Shown one piece after another: positions 12,396 to 26,310 of a stretch of 64,000 nucleotides of DNA. How positions within the stretch are numbered: position 1 is the first letter of the stretch; the number at the start of each line of letters is the position of its first letter. Both the position numbers and the translations under genes were made by a program. The notes beneath the pieces were generated by a model. It was given only the letters and a program-made list of their open reading frames with translations. It was not told the origin of the DNA and did no database searches. The stretch comes from Camelus dromedarius (taxonomy: Eukaryota). Where the stretch lies: the NCBI RefSeq assembly GCF_036321535.1, contig NC_087437.1, positions 93,436,001 to 93,500,000 on the forward strand, given 5' to 3'.

Positions 12396-13519
12396 CATTA
12401 GAGAAAAAAAAGAAAATATCAGTGTTCTCTTCCTAGTTAAAATATTGGGATTAATTCTGGCCTCCTTTTTCCTCCCTCCCTCCTTAGATTCAGTATAAAA
12501 ATAAAGGATTCAGCTATCTGGCTGCTGTCAATGGATTTTAGGGCACTATGCAAACTAACCCCAAACTAGGCAGGACTAGGATTCACTGTTTATTACAACT
12601 CCCTGGTTAATTTTTCTACACAGTGAAGCTCCTGTAGAAAAGGGGATTATTCACAATTTTAAGATTCATTGTTTGATTAGATAGATCTTTAGGATCACAA
12701 ATTACCAAAGAAATCATTGTATTTTCTCCCCCGGAATCTTCAGCTTAAACGAGCAAACAGTTGGCACACACAATGCTGGTTAAGGTAAGAATTTCCCAGC
12801 TTGGGTCTGCAAAATAGCATTACCAATTAATTGGGCTGATGGCTGGGGAGAGATTTAATTCCTTTAGTTTTGTGATAGTTATAAATGAATAAAGAGGCTT
12901 TTGACTGACGTGGAATTAAAACAGATCTTCAAATAGCATATCTATTGTTTTCTTCACCATAAGCTTTTCTATTAATAGCACTTACTAGGTGGGAATCAAT
13001 GCCGCTGGCCTACCATGCTCACTTAGGCTCCCTTCCTCCCCTATTACACCTTTTAAATGAGCTAATCTTACCTCTGTATAGAAAAGGAAAAGTTGTCCTG
13101 CTTTGTTACCAAGTTTACCTTAAAGGCAGTTGGCAGAGGAGAAAGTGAATGTCATCCAACACTGTGTATTACCTGATGGTTATTCATTTGACATGTTTGT
13201 ATTTCTCCCCGGGCATACCAATTAAGAGAGTTCACCTGCTTCTGTTAGAAATTGACTGAGAATGGGATGCTAACACCAACCACAATACCCAAGGTCATTG
13301 TCTAATAGAGTAAATTGTCCAATTACAGAGTGTTGCAGAAACAATAGGGGAAACTTGATAAAAATACTTTAATTAGTGCTGTCTCACTAATAGATTGGCG
13401 CCTTCCCACACTGTGTGGACAATAAGATTTAGCTAATCTTTTCGTTTCTTTAGGGTAAAGGCTTGGCAGGATCATTGTTGTGGGAGGGGACAGCAGGTGT
13501 TACAAGGCTGCCCATCTCA

Positions 13520-13660
13520 CACCTACAATGTGCCTACTATACTGCCAGAAGCTATTCTAAACACTAGATGTGTTTAATGAACCCAATCCTCACAATAACC
13601 TGAGAAGACAGAAACTAGTATTGTCCTCATTTTATAGATGAGAGAACTAGATTGCTGAGA
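13520..13660 (-). mobile_element. MIR SINE
   Basis: 'aatcctcacaataacctg...tattgtcctcattttatagatgagagaact'. Confidence 0.85.
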
Positions 13661-13748
13661 CAAGACTAAGAAGAAATGATAGTTCATTTATTTCAGAACT
13701 TGAAATAATGTAAGATAAAGCAATTTTTTTTCCTTTGGTAAACATTAT

Positions 13749-14223
13749 TATAGTGGCTTTAGTTATGTCCCCTCAAAAGATATATTTAAGTCCTATATTC
13801 CCAGTTCCTATGAATGTGACTTTATTTGGAAATAGAATCTTTGTGTATGTAATCAAACTAAGATGGGGTCATATTGGTTTAGAATGGGCCCAACATCCAA
13901 TGACTTGTGTCTGTAAAATTTAAAAAAGAGGGATATTTAGAGACAGAGACACAGACACATTCACAGGGAAGATGGCTATGTGAAGGCAGGTAGAAATTTG
14001 CATGATGTAACTACAAGCCAAGGAATGCCAAGGATTGTAGGATTCCAGAAGCTAGGAAGAGGCAAAGAAGGATTCTTCCCTGGGGACTTCAGAAAGATCA
14101 TGGCCTTGTTGACACTTAGATTTTGCACTTCTAGATTCCAGAAATTTGAGAAAGTAGCTTTCTATTGTTTTAATACACCTGGTTTGTAGAAATTTGTTAT
14201 TGTAGCCCTAGGAAACTAATACA
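13749..14223 (+). mobile_element. MLT1 (MLT1C-like) ERVL-MaLR solo LTR
   Basis: 'gaatgtgactttatttggaaatag', 'caagccaaggaatgccaaggatt', 3' end 'gccctaggaaactaataca'. Confidence 0.9.
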
Positions 14224-14250
14224 GTATTTTTATTGTTGTGTAGTAGTGGG

Positions 14251-14316
14251 TTTTTTAAGATATATTTTTATTGAAGTATATTCAGTTTCAATGCTGGGTC
14301 AGTTTCTGGTGTAGTG
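14251..14316 (-). mobile_element. Very short L1 3'-terminal fragment
   Basis: 'tttttattgaagtatattcagtttcaatg...tttctggtgta' matches the 3' tip of the other young L1 copies in this window. Confidence 0.7.
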
Positions 14317-15229
14317 TTTTTTTTTGTTTTTTGTTTTTTTAATTTAATTACTTACATACCAAGATAAAGACTTGCATAATACCTGTATCCTCCTTCCTTC
14401 CTTTACTGCTCCCTGTTATCATCCTTCTTAGCTTTATTCCTTCTCTGTTTTTTGAATGTATAATAGGAACATTATTCCCTGTGAAATCTAAATATATATG
14501 AAATCTATGTACTGATTGATTTCCTTAATTTTAAAGAGTCTCCTGGAGATAGAGGGACCAACAGGATATTCTGGGAGCACTTGGGACATAAGCATGCACA
14601 GCAGAATACATTGTTGCTTTATAACTGGGCTGACAGTCAAAGCTCTGATAAGGTGGGGGCTGCTGGATAGGGAGATCTTGACCTTTTCACTACCCTTATG
14701 GCTCTAACTGCTATGACAATGGCAATATAGTACACATCTCTTGCCATTGTAGCTCAAAACTGCTACAGTGAGCAAAAAGCATGGCTCTGGGAGTAGAATT
14801 AATGGCAATATCACAACTTCATATCCAGATGCTAAATGAGAAGACTATGGTTTGATTTCCCCCATAACCTTTCTGTTTATCTTCTGACTCCAAGTGATCT
14901 AATGTTTTCATTAAAACTAAATTGTAACCTTTGTGCCTATTGCTAAGAAAACTTAAATTCTTTTACATTACCTACTTCCACATACGTATTGATAAATGAG
15001 TTTATCCCTACAATAAGGGTACCCAAGTAGCCTTTCAATTTGAGGCATTTTCTTCTAACCACACTATAAAGGGCCAGTTGGAGTTGTCCAAATCCTTCTG
15101 GTTCTCCACTGCCATACTCAGGTTATTGTTTTGCTCCATTCTTTTCTACCCTTACTCCTTCTAACTTTCAACAGATTCTCTCCTTCACCATATAAATAAG
15201 TTCGAATCACTTAAACCCTAGAAAGGAAA

Positions 15230-15308
15230 TTCTATGGATCTTGGCCTTGCTTTACCAGCCCCAATCCTTACAATATAAGCCAGTTCCTTATTATAAATCT
15301 CTCTCTCC

Positions 15309-15359
<51 letters not shown>

Positions 15360-15397
15360 ACTGGTTCTGCTTCTCTGGTTGAACTCTTACTGATGCA
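15230..15397 (+). mobile_element. MLT2 (ERVL) LTR 3' part
   Basis: 'agccagttccttattataaatctctctct...ctggttctgcttctctggttgaactcttactgatgca'. Confidence 0.8.
15312..15356 (+). repeat. (TG)22 perfect microsatellite within MLT2
   Basis: Directly visible. Confidence 0.97.
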
Positions 15398-15539
15398 TTA
15401 ACAAAAGTTCAAGACTACATCATCTTCTTTAGTCTTTACCTTATTATTGGTATCCATTAAAGAAAGACCTATGCTTCATATTAGGAAACATCTTTCTACT
15501 TCCAAGCCTTATCATGCAAGCTTCAATTCCTAAATAGCT

Positions 15540-17350
15540 CTTATATTTTGCATCTATTTTCCATCTCTCTTGCCTTAGATCAGTTTGCCTAAACTAGTCT
15601 TTCTGCCTCTAGCAGGTCATCCTCTTCCTTGAATCTGAGTATTCATTTTCAAATGCAGATCTGATGAGCCTACCTTCATTTTAAATGTTAACATAGATCA
15701 CCATAACTTATCTGAAAGTACAACTTAAACTGCATTGTTTGGCCCAAGATGTGCTTTGCAATTCAGCTCTTGAGTACCTCTAATCACAGCTATGAATCCC
15801 TCACTCAAGTGCTAAATTCACTAAGTTCCAGCCATATAAGCAAATCCCAATTTCTGAATTTATCATTCTGTTTTCTAACTCTGCCTTCGGTCATGCTGTC
15901 TTCCTCTACCAAGAACACCCTTTCCAGTTCCTTAACTGCCTACATAAATACTCTTCAGCCTTCAGATTCATCTTTAGCCTTGTTTCCTTCAGGAAGATTT
16001 CCTTTCCTCTCTTCTCCCATGCATTATGTTAGAGCTCCCTTTCCGTTAAGAAGCACCCTGTCCTCATTTCTATTGCAACAGTCATCACACAGTTCTCTTA
16101 TCACTGATTTCCTTATGTGTCTTCCTTATCAAAGTGTAAGCACTCTGAAGTTACAAAGCATGTTGAATTCAATTTTCTGTTTCCCAGAGCCTTAGTGCTT
16201 AGAACTTAGCAATGAAAAAATATTTTTTGAATAAATGAATAAGTAAAATATGCACCTTGAAACTCACTCTCTTCACCTGGCACACATGACCTTGTTCATT
16301 ATTCACTAGGAAACAGAGCCATGGTTTCCTCATCTTCCCTTTCATCCACCATGTGATGTCCCTGACTTCACTTGTCTTAGTAGAAGCGGTATTTCAGCTC
16401 CTTTTCAAGCTTATAGTTTTCACATTCACATTGGCTTTTTTTCCTATTATAATATAACTCTCTTTCCCACTGACTTCTTCATCTCAATTTTTAAAGCATA
16501 TTGCAATATTTTCTATCCTAAAAATTAAAATCTCTGACCTATTTTCTTGTTATGTTACTTCCATGCTGCTTTCTTCCTTCTTACCAAGCAAGTTACTGAT
16601 TTGTCTGCAGTTACAGTCTTCAGTTTCTCTAATCTCTTTTATTGCTTAACTAAATGCAATCTGGACCTCTAGGTGATTTGGTCCTCATGCAAACTGGCAT
16701 TTCCAAGTACCTGACCAAGGTAAAAATGTTTTAAAAAGAAACTGGTAATTCTGTTGATTGTTTCCTCCTCCTTCGTTCTCTAACCCTTTGATTCTGTGTC
16801 ATCACTGCTCTCTCTCACTTCTCTTACCTCGTGAGTTCCTCCTGGTCCCTGCCCAGAGTTTATTTCTTTGCCTTTTTTCTGATTAGCTTTCACCCAGTAA
16901 TTCATGTTTATGTTCATTATTCTGAAATCTTTATCTCTAACCATAAATTTTCTATTTTCCAGACAATTTTAACTACCAACAGGCATTTTCAATGTAATCC
17001 ATACAGGAAACTCTCAAAACTTACACACTTAAGACTTAAATTACTGTTTTTTTCTACTAAAGCTACTTTTTATCACGTGTTCTCTGCTCAGGTAATATTA
17101 TATCTTCCTCAGGTGATTACATTTTGAAAATAGCTTTGAATTTTTTCCTTCTTTATTTCCTCAACTTTCAATTATTAATCAAATACTGTTTCTCCACATG
17201 TGAAAAGTTGGTCAAATGTGTTTTTCTTCTTTTTTTAAGCCACAGCTCAAGTTCAAGTCCTTCATTTTTTTAATAACCATTTTACTTGATGTCACCAAAT
17301 AGAGTCTGCTTTTCACATTAACTATATTCACTGTCTGAATTTATCACCAT
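15540..17350 (+). mobile_element. L2 LINE fragments (two or more pieces)
   Basis: Pyrimidine-rich sense L2 text with tail 'aatattttttgaataaatgaataa' at ~16220-16243, then further ORF2-like pieces. Confidence 0.7.
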
Positions 17351-17804
17351 AATTGGACTCATTTTTAAATATTGTCATTTTTTAATGTTTATGCAATGAA
17401 ACTTTGAATTTATCTATGTTCTGAGAGCACAGTACAAAGTGAAATATTTGTAGATATTCAATAATCCTTTACTAATTTGTATAACCCAGGTATTAAGTAA
17501 GAAAGTAGAGGTCTAGTCTCCAGTTAGTATAACTCCAAAGTTCACTCTCTTTTCATTACATCAAAATAAGAAAGTTGTATAAGAGTGTTAGAAAAGAAAT
17601 TTTCAGACTCTCTCTGGGAAAAAGTAAATATTTAACCAATTTACAGTCTCTTTCACAACCTGAAAGCTCTATAATGAGAAAGGAAGTTCAAAATGGTAAC
17701 ACTGACATTAATAATAATAGCAAATATTGTTTTAACCTTGCATGGCCAATAACTGAACTTTATATTATGTCATTCAATCTGCAATATAGTTGTATGTGGT
17801 AGGT

Positions 17805-18200
17805 GGTGGCAGAGACTTCTAGCTATTCAATAAATTCATTTTCTCTTCTTCTTAGCCACAGAGTCAAACAGCATCTTAGCCTTCCTTATAGTTAGGTGTG
17901 GTCATACAGTTAAATTTCAATCAATGGAAGATGAGTAGAAATGATACGTCACTGTCACGAACAGTGTACACACTTGATTCTGTGTACTCTTTCTTCTTTC
18001 AGAAGACTGGGGAGTAGTATCTAGGAATACATTGGTAGTTATAAATTGAAGATGGCAAACATTTATTCTTGTACCTTTACCAACTCATGTGTCCCTCTTC
18101 TCCCTACCACCTACCACAAGTCCTGGCTGACCAGAAGCATTTACTTTAGATTTTCACTGAGTAAGAAATAAAAGTGTAGTATGTAAATCCAGACATTGAA
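17805..18200 (+). mobile_element. Old MLT1-type MaLR LTR inserted into a MIR
   Basis: 'gccttccttatagttaggtgtggtcatacagttaaatttcaatcaatggaagatgagtagaaatgat', 3' 'gtaagaaataaa'; MIR-like sequence on both sides. Confidence 0.7.
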
Positions 18201-20699
18201 TAAAGGATAAAGCCTTAATTTGCACTTAAATCTGTCCAACTCTAGAGTTCACAGCTCATCACTAATGTCTTGAGACTCAAGCAAAAGATAAACATATATT
18301 GGAAACCTTTTTCAATATCAAATTTTTAAGCAAATAATTCCATGTTTAACATTATGTTAACCAGACAACTATTTGGAAGAAAACAATCAAGCAGAATGAT
18401 TTGCAGCTTATCAGCATTTTCCTATAGTCTATACATCCTACTAAATTATCATTTATATATGAGAATTAGTGACATTATCTTTCTTCAGTTTTTCACTTAT
18501 CATTGCTAAATCACTACATAAATGGTTACTAAAATCCCTTTATAAGAAGGTGAATGAAAAATTCTTTTGTTTTTTAAACAAATAGGGATAACTTTATGTT
18601 CTGTTCAGATTAATCATTTCTTTTATTGATTTAATTGCCTATGTTTGTATATTGACACACATTTACAAGAAAATTTTATATTCTTCATGGGTAAAAAACT
18701 CTTAGAGAAAACTTTTAAAAAACATCATTAAGTGAATATAGTTATCTTGATAACTAGCAATGTTATTAGCTCTATTGGACCAAATTTATATTTTGATCAG
18801 GTTTGGAGCCAAATAGTCCAGTTAAGTGATACTAGTCTGTGATATTAGATAGATATTCTTGTCTGTCTAAAATATGGAAGAATCTTTCAATTGAGCTACA
18901 CTTTCCTTTTGCTTTCACATGTTGTCATTCTTATCTGATAATCATTTCTTAGGAGGAGAATTATTCAGAAGTGAGCTTCATGGTAGAGAACATTTTCATT
19001 AGTGAATAAAGGATGGGAGTACTTGTTTTGGAGAGTGGTCAGACAACAGTTTATGTCCTCTCCTACATACTGGAACTATATGCCTTATCCTCATTCTACT
19101 ATCCCTCTCACAGTGGAAGAAGTCTTAGATTTGTTTTCTTTGGAGGTTGAAGCACACTTTTAGAGGAAGTCCTGCCTTGCCTGAGAGTCTTAAAAATAGT
19201 CAATATGGCTGAATGAATTCTCATTATTTATTTTCTAAAATAAAACTGTCCAGGAGAAATATTTCCCGTGGAGTACCATCAGACATGAATGGGGAGCAGA
19301 TCATCCCACTTCTTCCTCCCATATCTGAAGCTATCCAAGTGTGGATTCTGCCCTCAGCTAGAATTGAGGTTTTCATTTCAAAAACTTGATCCAAATTGAT
19401 CTGGCTATTTATATTAGGCTTATTGTATTTTGTCACCAATTTGAATTTTAAAGATGTTTCAATCATGTAGAATTTTATAGGCTATTGCCTTTCATGGCAA
19501 ATAGGAAGAAATGTTGAGGACATATGGATGTGTTATTACATCTTTCACTTTTTCCCATTAAAATACTGACTAGTATATTTTAACTATTCCTCACATAAAA
19601 TGTTCTCAGCTAGTATCATTTATATGCTTTCAGAAATCTAAATATGTCCCACTACTGTATTTTGAAAGACCAGAGTAATAATAGTAAAATTTTGTCGCTC
19701 AAAAGGATTTAGAGCAGTTTATATTTTTCCTATTTTTTTCAGTTATAAGAATACATTTAGGCCTTGGTAAGATCAATTAAATATAAAACCATTTCTCTAA
19801 TTTAAAATAAAAAGGGATAATGGATAGATGTAAGTACACAGTAGCGTATCAGATTGAAAATAGAGCAAATATTGGCATGTATTGCCTATGTCATATTAAG
19901 AGTAGAGTTTCATAGTCTGGTTTTTAGGACAATAAAGTTTGATATAATCTTGTATGTCCAAGTTTCTTCTCATAAATTTTTTTTCCCCAAGAATATATTT
20001 TTTATAAAAAAATTAAAGGTTATAAATTGTTTAATCATGAAGCAAAAAGAATTTCCTCACATCTTGCCCAAAGCGTCTAACCTCAAAACTAATGAGGTTT
20101 TATCTATAGAGAATAGAATGATTCATTAATATATTACTCCAGAATCCCTGGCCTGAATTTAAAAACAAAAATTTTACCAACATCAAGTATTAATTCGTTG
20201 TATAATTTATGTTCTTGCAATTTGAAAAGTTAGATGAAAGACCTCTAAGTGTTGAGGTACAAGATTCCTGTTTTGCATTTTAAATTTTAAGTAAAAAATG
20301 ACTGTAAAATATGTTTTAAAGAAGTATCTATAATACATAAAATTGTATACATATATTTAATATTTTATATAATTTTTACATGATATTTATTTTTATACAG
20401 CCCATAGGCAGTGCTTTGTGTGCTTATGAATTTGTAATTCCTCTTAATAACTCAGTCCCTTATCTTAGATCTCTGGTCCAAACGTTAAAGCTGTTATTCT
20501 AGAAAGCCTACCATGCAAATAGCACTATAATTGGTTAAAGAAGGAAGTAGATTTTGTGCTTTATTTCATGAATAATTTTGGGAACCGAGGGAGAAAAAAA
20601 ATAAATAGAAAGTCTCAAGTCGACTTAATATTATGTGCAAAGACTTGGTTCTCATCTCAAGTCTGACTTGATTGGAAAACCCTACATTGATCACTGCTA

Positions 20700-21050
20700 C
20701 TATGGTAGAGAATTTGAATGAGAGAGAATTGACATCAGTAAGATGTTTGGATAGTTCAAGTAGATCTTACTTGCCACATGGAGCCATTCTTTTCTTTCCT
20801 ATTGGTTGCAGGGAAAACAGAGGCATATGGAAGTATTTTGAGTTGTCACAGTAAGTGAGGCCAGAGATAATGAAAGCATCAATGGGATGGAGGTCTTATG
20901 AGAAGAAAAGGAATTAACATTAAAGATTGTTTAAAAACAATTTATTTGGTGACTGACAAAGAGGATGAACTGAAGAAAAATGTCATGGGCTGTAATGTTT
21001 CAAATCAGAATGAAAGCCAATTACAAACAAAAAGCCAGTTACAGATATTT
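20700..21050 (-). mobile_element. L2 fragment
   Basis: Decayed antisense L2-like text. Confidence 0.45.
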
Positions 21051-22325
21051 GATAATTTCTCATGGAAAGTAATTTGTGAGCATATCATTAACTGCCTGAG
21101 GTTTTTCATACTTTTAAATTAACAATACTTGCATCTTAATCTTACTGCTAAAGTTATTATCTTCATTTCTCTACTGGAATTTGTTTGTGTATCCACTGAT
21201 ACCTACTACCACTGTCACTGCCCCTTGGTACTTCACTACTTGTATTTCTGACCCTTATTGAGTTTTTCCATTCTCGCCATGAGGAAATTATCCTCATCTT
21301 CAATATTTTCTGATTCTTTATCTGGTCTTGGAATGACTATCAATACTAACTTTCATTTTCACTTTGGCTATGGGTATACTGAGTTACCATTCAGAAACAA
21401 TCTATATCTCCACCGTCTCTTATTCTTTTACCCACCTCTGGGCTTCACTACTTTTATTTATTTTTTCTGGTTCTTTACTTTACATATATAAACATGTTAA
21501 TAATTACCTAAAACTTTTTATCAAAAGCATTCAACATAAGCTAATTTCCCATCACATCCACATTAAAAGGAAGAGACAGACCCCCTGGGAGAAAAACAGA
21601 TTACTTATATATTTAAAAATAGGCTATGAATGAGATTTTTATCAGCAGATTTTTTTTCTGATATTCTTGATGAATAAAATCATGTGTTAAATTCACATTA
21701 TATTGAGCATATGTACCAAGAGGCTCCAACTACTTCAAACATTTTTAATATGATAATAGGTTAGTGGAATGAATGATTCAGAGTTGTCAAAGGGTCTCAG
21801 ATTAAAGGGTCTGCTTTAAGCGAATTATTTTTCCTCCTTACCTTACCCTAAAAAGTCTAGACTTGAAGAAATACTGAAGCAGACTGTAATTGTGTTTGTC
21901 TGTGCAAGTTTCATCACTGGAATCTTGCAATTACTGTTCCATGTCCCTCCTAGCGAAAGACATTGGTGAGAGGACTTCTGTTAATAATTCTTTATAAATG
22001 CATTCCTTTGTTGCAAACTCAGCGAGAAACTTGGATTAGTGCTGTCAATTGGTAGTGCGAGTGTCAGTCTTTTGATGTAGATGATTACTTCTTTACTGTG
22101 TAAAATTTAGAAATTACTGATATTTAGGGTTAGCATTGGCTCCCTTTCTTCCAGTCTTCTGAAAAGGCATTACATCCAAATTAAATATCTTTAACTGTTT
22201 TCACCTTTAAGAGAACATCATAGTATTTAATTACATCTCATTTTGTGTATGGAAGTTTAAAGGGAAAATTTGGAAACAAATCAACATTTACTTGGAAATT
22301 CAAGATACGTAGAATTTCCAGTTTG

Positions 22326-22529
22326 ACGCTATCCAATAGAATGTTCTTCAATAATGGGGATAATCTATATCCACACAGTCAGTACTGTAGACTGTAGCAG
22401 CATGTGGCTATTGATCACTTTAAATATTGGTAGTGCAACCAAGGGATTCATTTTAACTTTCATTAATTTAAATTATTTTAACTTTAATTTCAATAGTTTT
22501 GATAATGGCTGTCATGTTGGATAGCACAG
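22326..22529. mobile_element. MER3-like hAT-Charlie MITE
   Basis: Inverted repeats gctatccaa (22328-22336) / ttggatagc (22517-22525); 'catgtggctattga'. Confidence 0.8.
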
Positions 22530-25049
22530 ATAGAGACTATTCCATCGACCTTTTGACCTTCCTGTTTTTCTTAATATCTTACTAAAATTATACAGATACT
22601 TTTCTAATTAACATATCAAACATTTTTGAGGAAGATACAACAACTGTCACCAATATAAATTTTAATAAGTGATAAGAGTTTGAACTATATGCCATGGAAA
22701 CTTTTTAATACTTTTTCTTTAATATTTGATGGAGCAACAAAGTTCTATTTTCAAGTAAGTGACTCAAATGATGATGAGCATAGAAGGACACAGATAATTA
22801 TGTCACCCAAAATAATTTTCTTCCATAATTGTTTCGTAATTTTATATGATCACTGCTTTCAACTTCTGATGGCATTCCTTGTTAAGATGAATGACTTTTC
22901 ATAAAGACAGCCATTACACTTTCTAGGACCAATTGACTTATTGCTGAATGCCTGCTTTTTAAAAATACATTCTTCAAGTATTTATTTCAAGGTTTTTGAT
23001 GATGGAGTCTTCACTTGATTAAAATAATGCTTCATATGTTGGTATTTTGAGAGTGACAGGCATGGTTTTATACAGCCAAAATAATTTATAAAACCTGTCA
23101 CAAAATTGAGACATTTGTTATCGTATACATAAGAAAATTCCCGTCATAGGAATTGTCCTAAAGTGCCTCTGAGCTGTGGGTACAGTATTTGACATGCTGT
23201 TATTTTGAGCATATTCCCAATATTAGTGATTGATGTCATATTAAGATCTAATTAAAATAATTTAAAATTCATTAGAATTTTTACACATTTCCTGTCTTGT
23301 GGTTTGTTGTAGTCATGTTATAATGCCCTACTGCTACCCTGTTTTATTCCATTGATAAATTCGAAGGTTTCTGTTTCTAGAAGATAGAAACATAAGGAAA
23401 AGGAAATAAACTTAGTGACTCAAGGGTGGAAAAATACAAAGGCTCTTTGCTTTTAGTTAGGTTAAAGATATTTATCAGAAAAAGCATTGCTGTTATAGTC
23501 ACGTAATATATATTTATCTTTTTTTTTTATTGAAGTTGAGTTGATGCATCTATCATATTATTTTATTTGCCTAAAAAAATGTAAGATTGAGTCTGACATT
23601 GGAAGAGTTTATATTTCCTATTTTAAATAATATACATTTTCTATTAGGGCAATTTTTGAAAAGCATTTTAGTTTTTAAAATAAAAATTGTATATCTTTAA
23701 AGTGTTCAATATGATGATTCGATATACACATAAGTAGTTAAATCATTACTACAGGCAAGCTACATACTTTAAGGGCAAACACATGAATTTATAAGGTATT
23801 TTATGTATATACTATTTAGGGCACAGATTGGTAGAGGAATTTTAAGTAAGCTTGAAAATAAACTTTCATATAATGTGTCTAAGAATCATGAGGAAAACTG
23901 CATCCTGGGCTGTGTTACTTCATGCTGTTAGTGTATTTTTAGGTGAATTAGTAGGTTTCTTTAGCATTTAAGGCTAAATATTCCATGTTTAATTTTACAA
24001 AAACAAATAAAGGAATTGCTCACTGCTATAAAATGTCATACTCTTACAAAATTTGATATATTAGCATTAATGAATAAAAAGCAGTCATTGATCCAGAAAA
24101 GTAAACCATATTAAGTTGGACACACACTGATATTTTAAAATGATTATCTGTGTTCACAGGTTTATATTAACTTTTTTCTAATTAAAAACATACAATATGC
24201 AATCATAGAGAAAGGTCAGTCTTATTTTTAATTATTTTCCCCATGTAATTAGACATTTATTCTCTGCAGATTGGAGTGTGCAAGATTAAAATACTTATTA
24301 TTTAAAGGTCATGTATTTGACATAGTGAAAGGCATTATACATTAGATTATATTCCTAATACTGACAATACATGTATTTGTATTGTATATGAAAGATGAAA
24401 AATGAGAATGAATACACTAAATCCACTGAAAAATGGACATTTTAATGCTTGCTTTTTCTCTTTACTCCTACGTTTATCAAAAAAAGAACATTGAACAAAA
24501 GGAGGCAAAGGGAAAATAGTCAAAACAACATGAGAAGTGATACGGTGAAATATATTTTAATAATATATATTGTGAATACATATTTAATATATAATACTTT
24601 ATGATTTTAATACATATTTTATATGTTTGATTTTAAGTCATCCTATCTATGCTGGTTACCTGTAGGACTAGAAATTACATACTTGACAATTTACTTTTTA
24701 CATCTAAAAGATTTACTACAATGCAAAATATGTGTTCATATGGGCAGAATTTACAGCATGAAGCCTTAAGTTTCTGCTTCTGAAATTTGATAAATCCTAT
24801 CCTGAATACAGGGTGTTAAATATAGGAAATTGTGGAAAAAATGGATTGAAATGTATCTTTTGTAAGCATAACTTTATCTTTTGTCTTAAAAGCTAAAACC
24901 ATTTTATACAGAACACCAATAGGAAGCAAAAGATTTTAAAAACTTGATTATCAATGGGCTACGGGAAACGCAAGTGAATTGTGGAGGTTAATACTGAAAG
25001 AAAAATCCAGAATCTAAATGATAGAGGAGAAAATTTACCTCATTAGGAG

Positions 25050-25235
25050 CACACATGAGAACAAAAAGATGAAAAGGGAAGGTCAACACCTTGAGAGGAT
25101 AAGATTGGATTCAGTTGACTTTGATAAATTGGTGAAGTTATGAAAAACAAATGGAACTGACATTCAATAGGAACAAGTGTAGCATAATGCAATTAAGACA
25201 GAGAAAGGAGTTGCATGAAAACAATGAGCAGTAAC
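25050..25235 (+). mobile_element. L3/CR1 LINE ORF2 fragment
   Basis: 'caacaccttgagaggataagattggattcagttgactttgataaattgg...cattcaataggaacaagtgtagcataatgcaattaag' resembles the CR1 region downstream of FADD (DLDKL...FNRNKC). Confidence 0.7.
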
Positions 25236-25399
25236 ATAGATTGCAAAGTGTAACACTCATAGCATTCTCAAGTAGGAAGGGAACATGAAGGTCATTTTAT
25301 AGAGGGATACAGAAGTAAGGAGCATTCACAACTTTTCAGAGAAAGAACTAAGAATGTTACAACTGTTTCTAAGTCTATCAGCCCAATAATTCCCCTCAA

Positions 25400-26310
25400 C
25401 ACCATATTGTCCCCGAATCTAACAGGAAATGGTCCAAGGTATCATAATTGATCAACAAAACTGATTCTTCCCTCCTCAATATCCAATCCATGGGCAAATC
25501 TTTCAGTACCATTAAAAATACATTCTGAATTTCTTTACTTCCCTAATTTCTAATATTTCTGTGCTAGTGTTACCAAGTCCAAACTCATTCTGCTCACTGC
25601 AGGACAGGCCAGTATATCAGGAGATGAGGTACTGGGGCAAGGAATAATGACTTTATCTGGAAAGCCAGCAGACCTAGAAGATGGCAGACTAATATCCTAG
25701 AGAACCATCTTATCTATGTTAGAATTCAGGCTCCTTTTATACTAAAAAGGGGAGGCAGTGAGGCTGGTTGTTGCCAACTTCTTGGAGTCAGAATCCTTTG
25801 TTCTTGCAGCTGTCCACCTAGGTGGGGTCACAATGTTCCTGTAAACCTCCAATAAGACAGAGGTTATTCTCTATTCTGCTACTTTTTAATCTCTCTATGA
25901 ATGGAAACGTGTTATACCCTTAAAGGTCAGTGCCTTGAGAATGGGATACCCTGTATATTTCAGGTTAAAGGCAACATTCTTTTATAAAAGGTACAGAACC
26001 AGTGTGACAAAGCACAGGAAACAGAGCACAGGGTTAGAGGTAAAGGAACAGATCTAATATGGATCAGATTTGTTCCTCCCTATTACACTAGTGCAAGAAA
26101 CCATCATCCCACTCTGCTCTAGCATCCATTTTCCAAGTGATTTCTACATCTGGTAAATTATATAATGTTACCTTGTTTATAAGTTCTGCAGTGGCTTAAT
26201 GCCAATAGAATAAAAACAAACCCCCTAAATATTGCTAACAGTTCTTCATATGATCTTGCTCCTCCCTTCTACCCCTTTTCATTTGCACCAGCTTTCCTTC
26301 TTCCTCTTCC
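25400..26310 (+). mobile_element. L2 fragment interrupted by the LTR at 25568-26087
   Basis: L2-like 'atatccaatccatgggcaaatc' before and 'ctagtgcaagaaaccatcatc' after the LTR. Confidence 0.6.
25568..26087 (-). mobile_element. ERV1-class solo LTR, 520 bp
   Basis: TGT...ACA termini with perfect 4-bp TSD ctag (25564-25567, 26088-26091); TATAAAA on the minus strand near 25735-25741. Confidence 0.9.

Noticed and set aside
15749..16195. 148-aa Ser/Leu-rich ORF
   Set aside because: Lies in pyrimidine-rich L2 sequence with no ATG start; compositional artefact
19224..19466. Possible exon or L3/CR1 remnant
   Set aside because: Only a faint resemblance (EQIIPLL) to the CR1 ORF2 C-terminus; too weak to call
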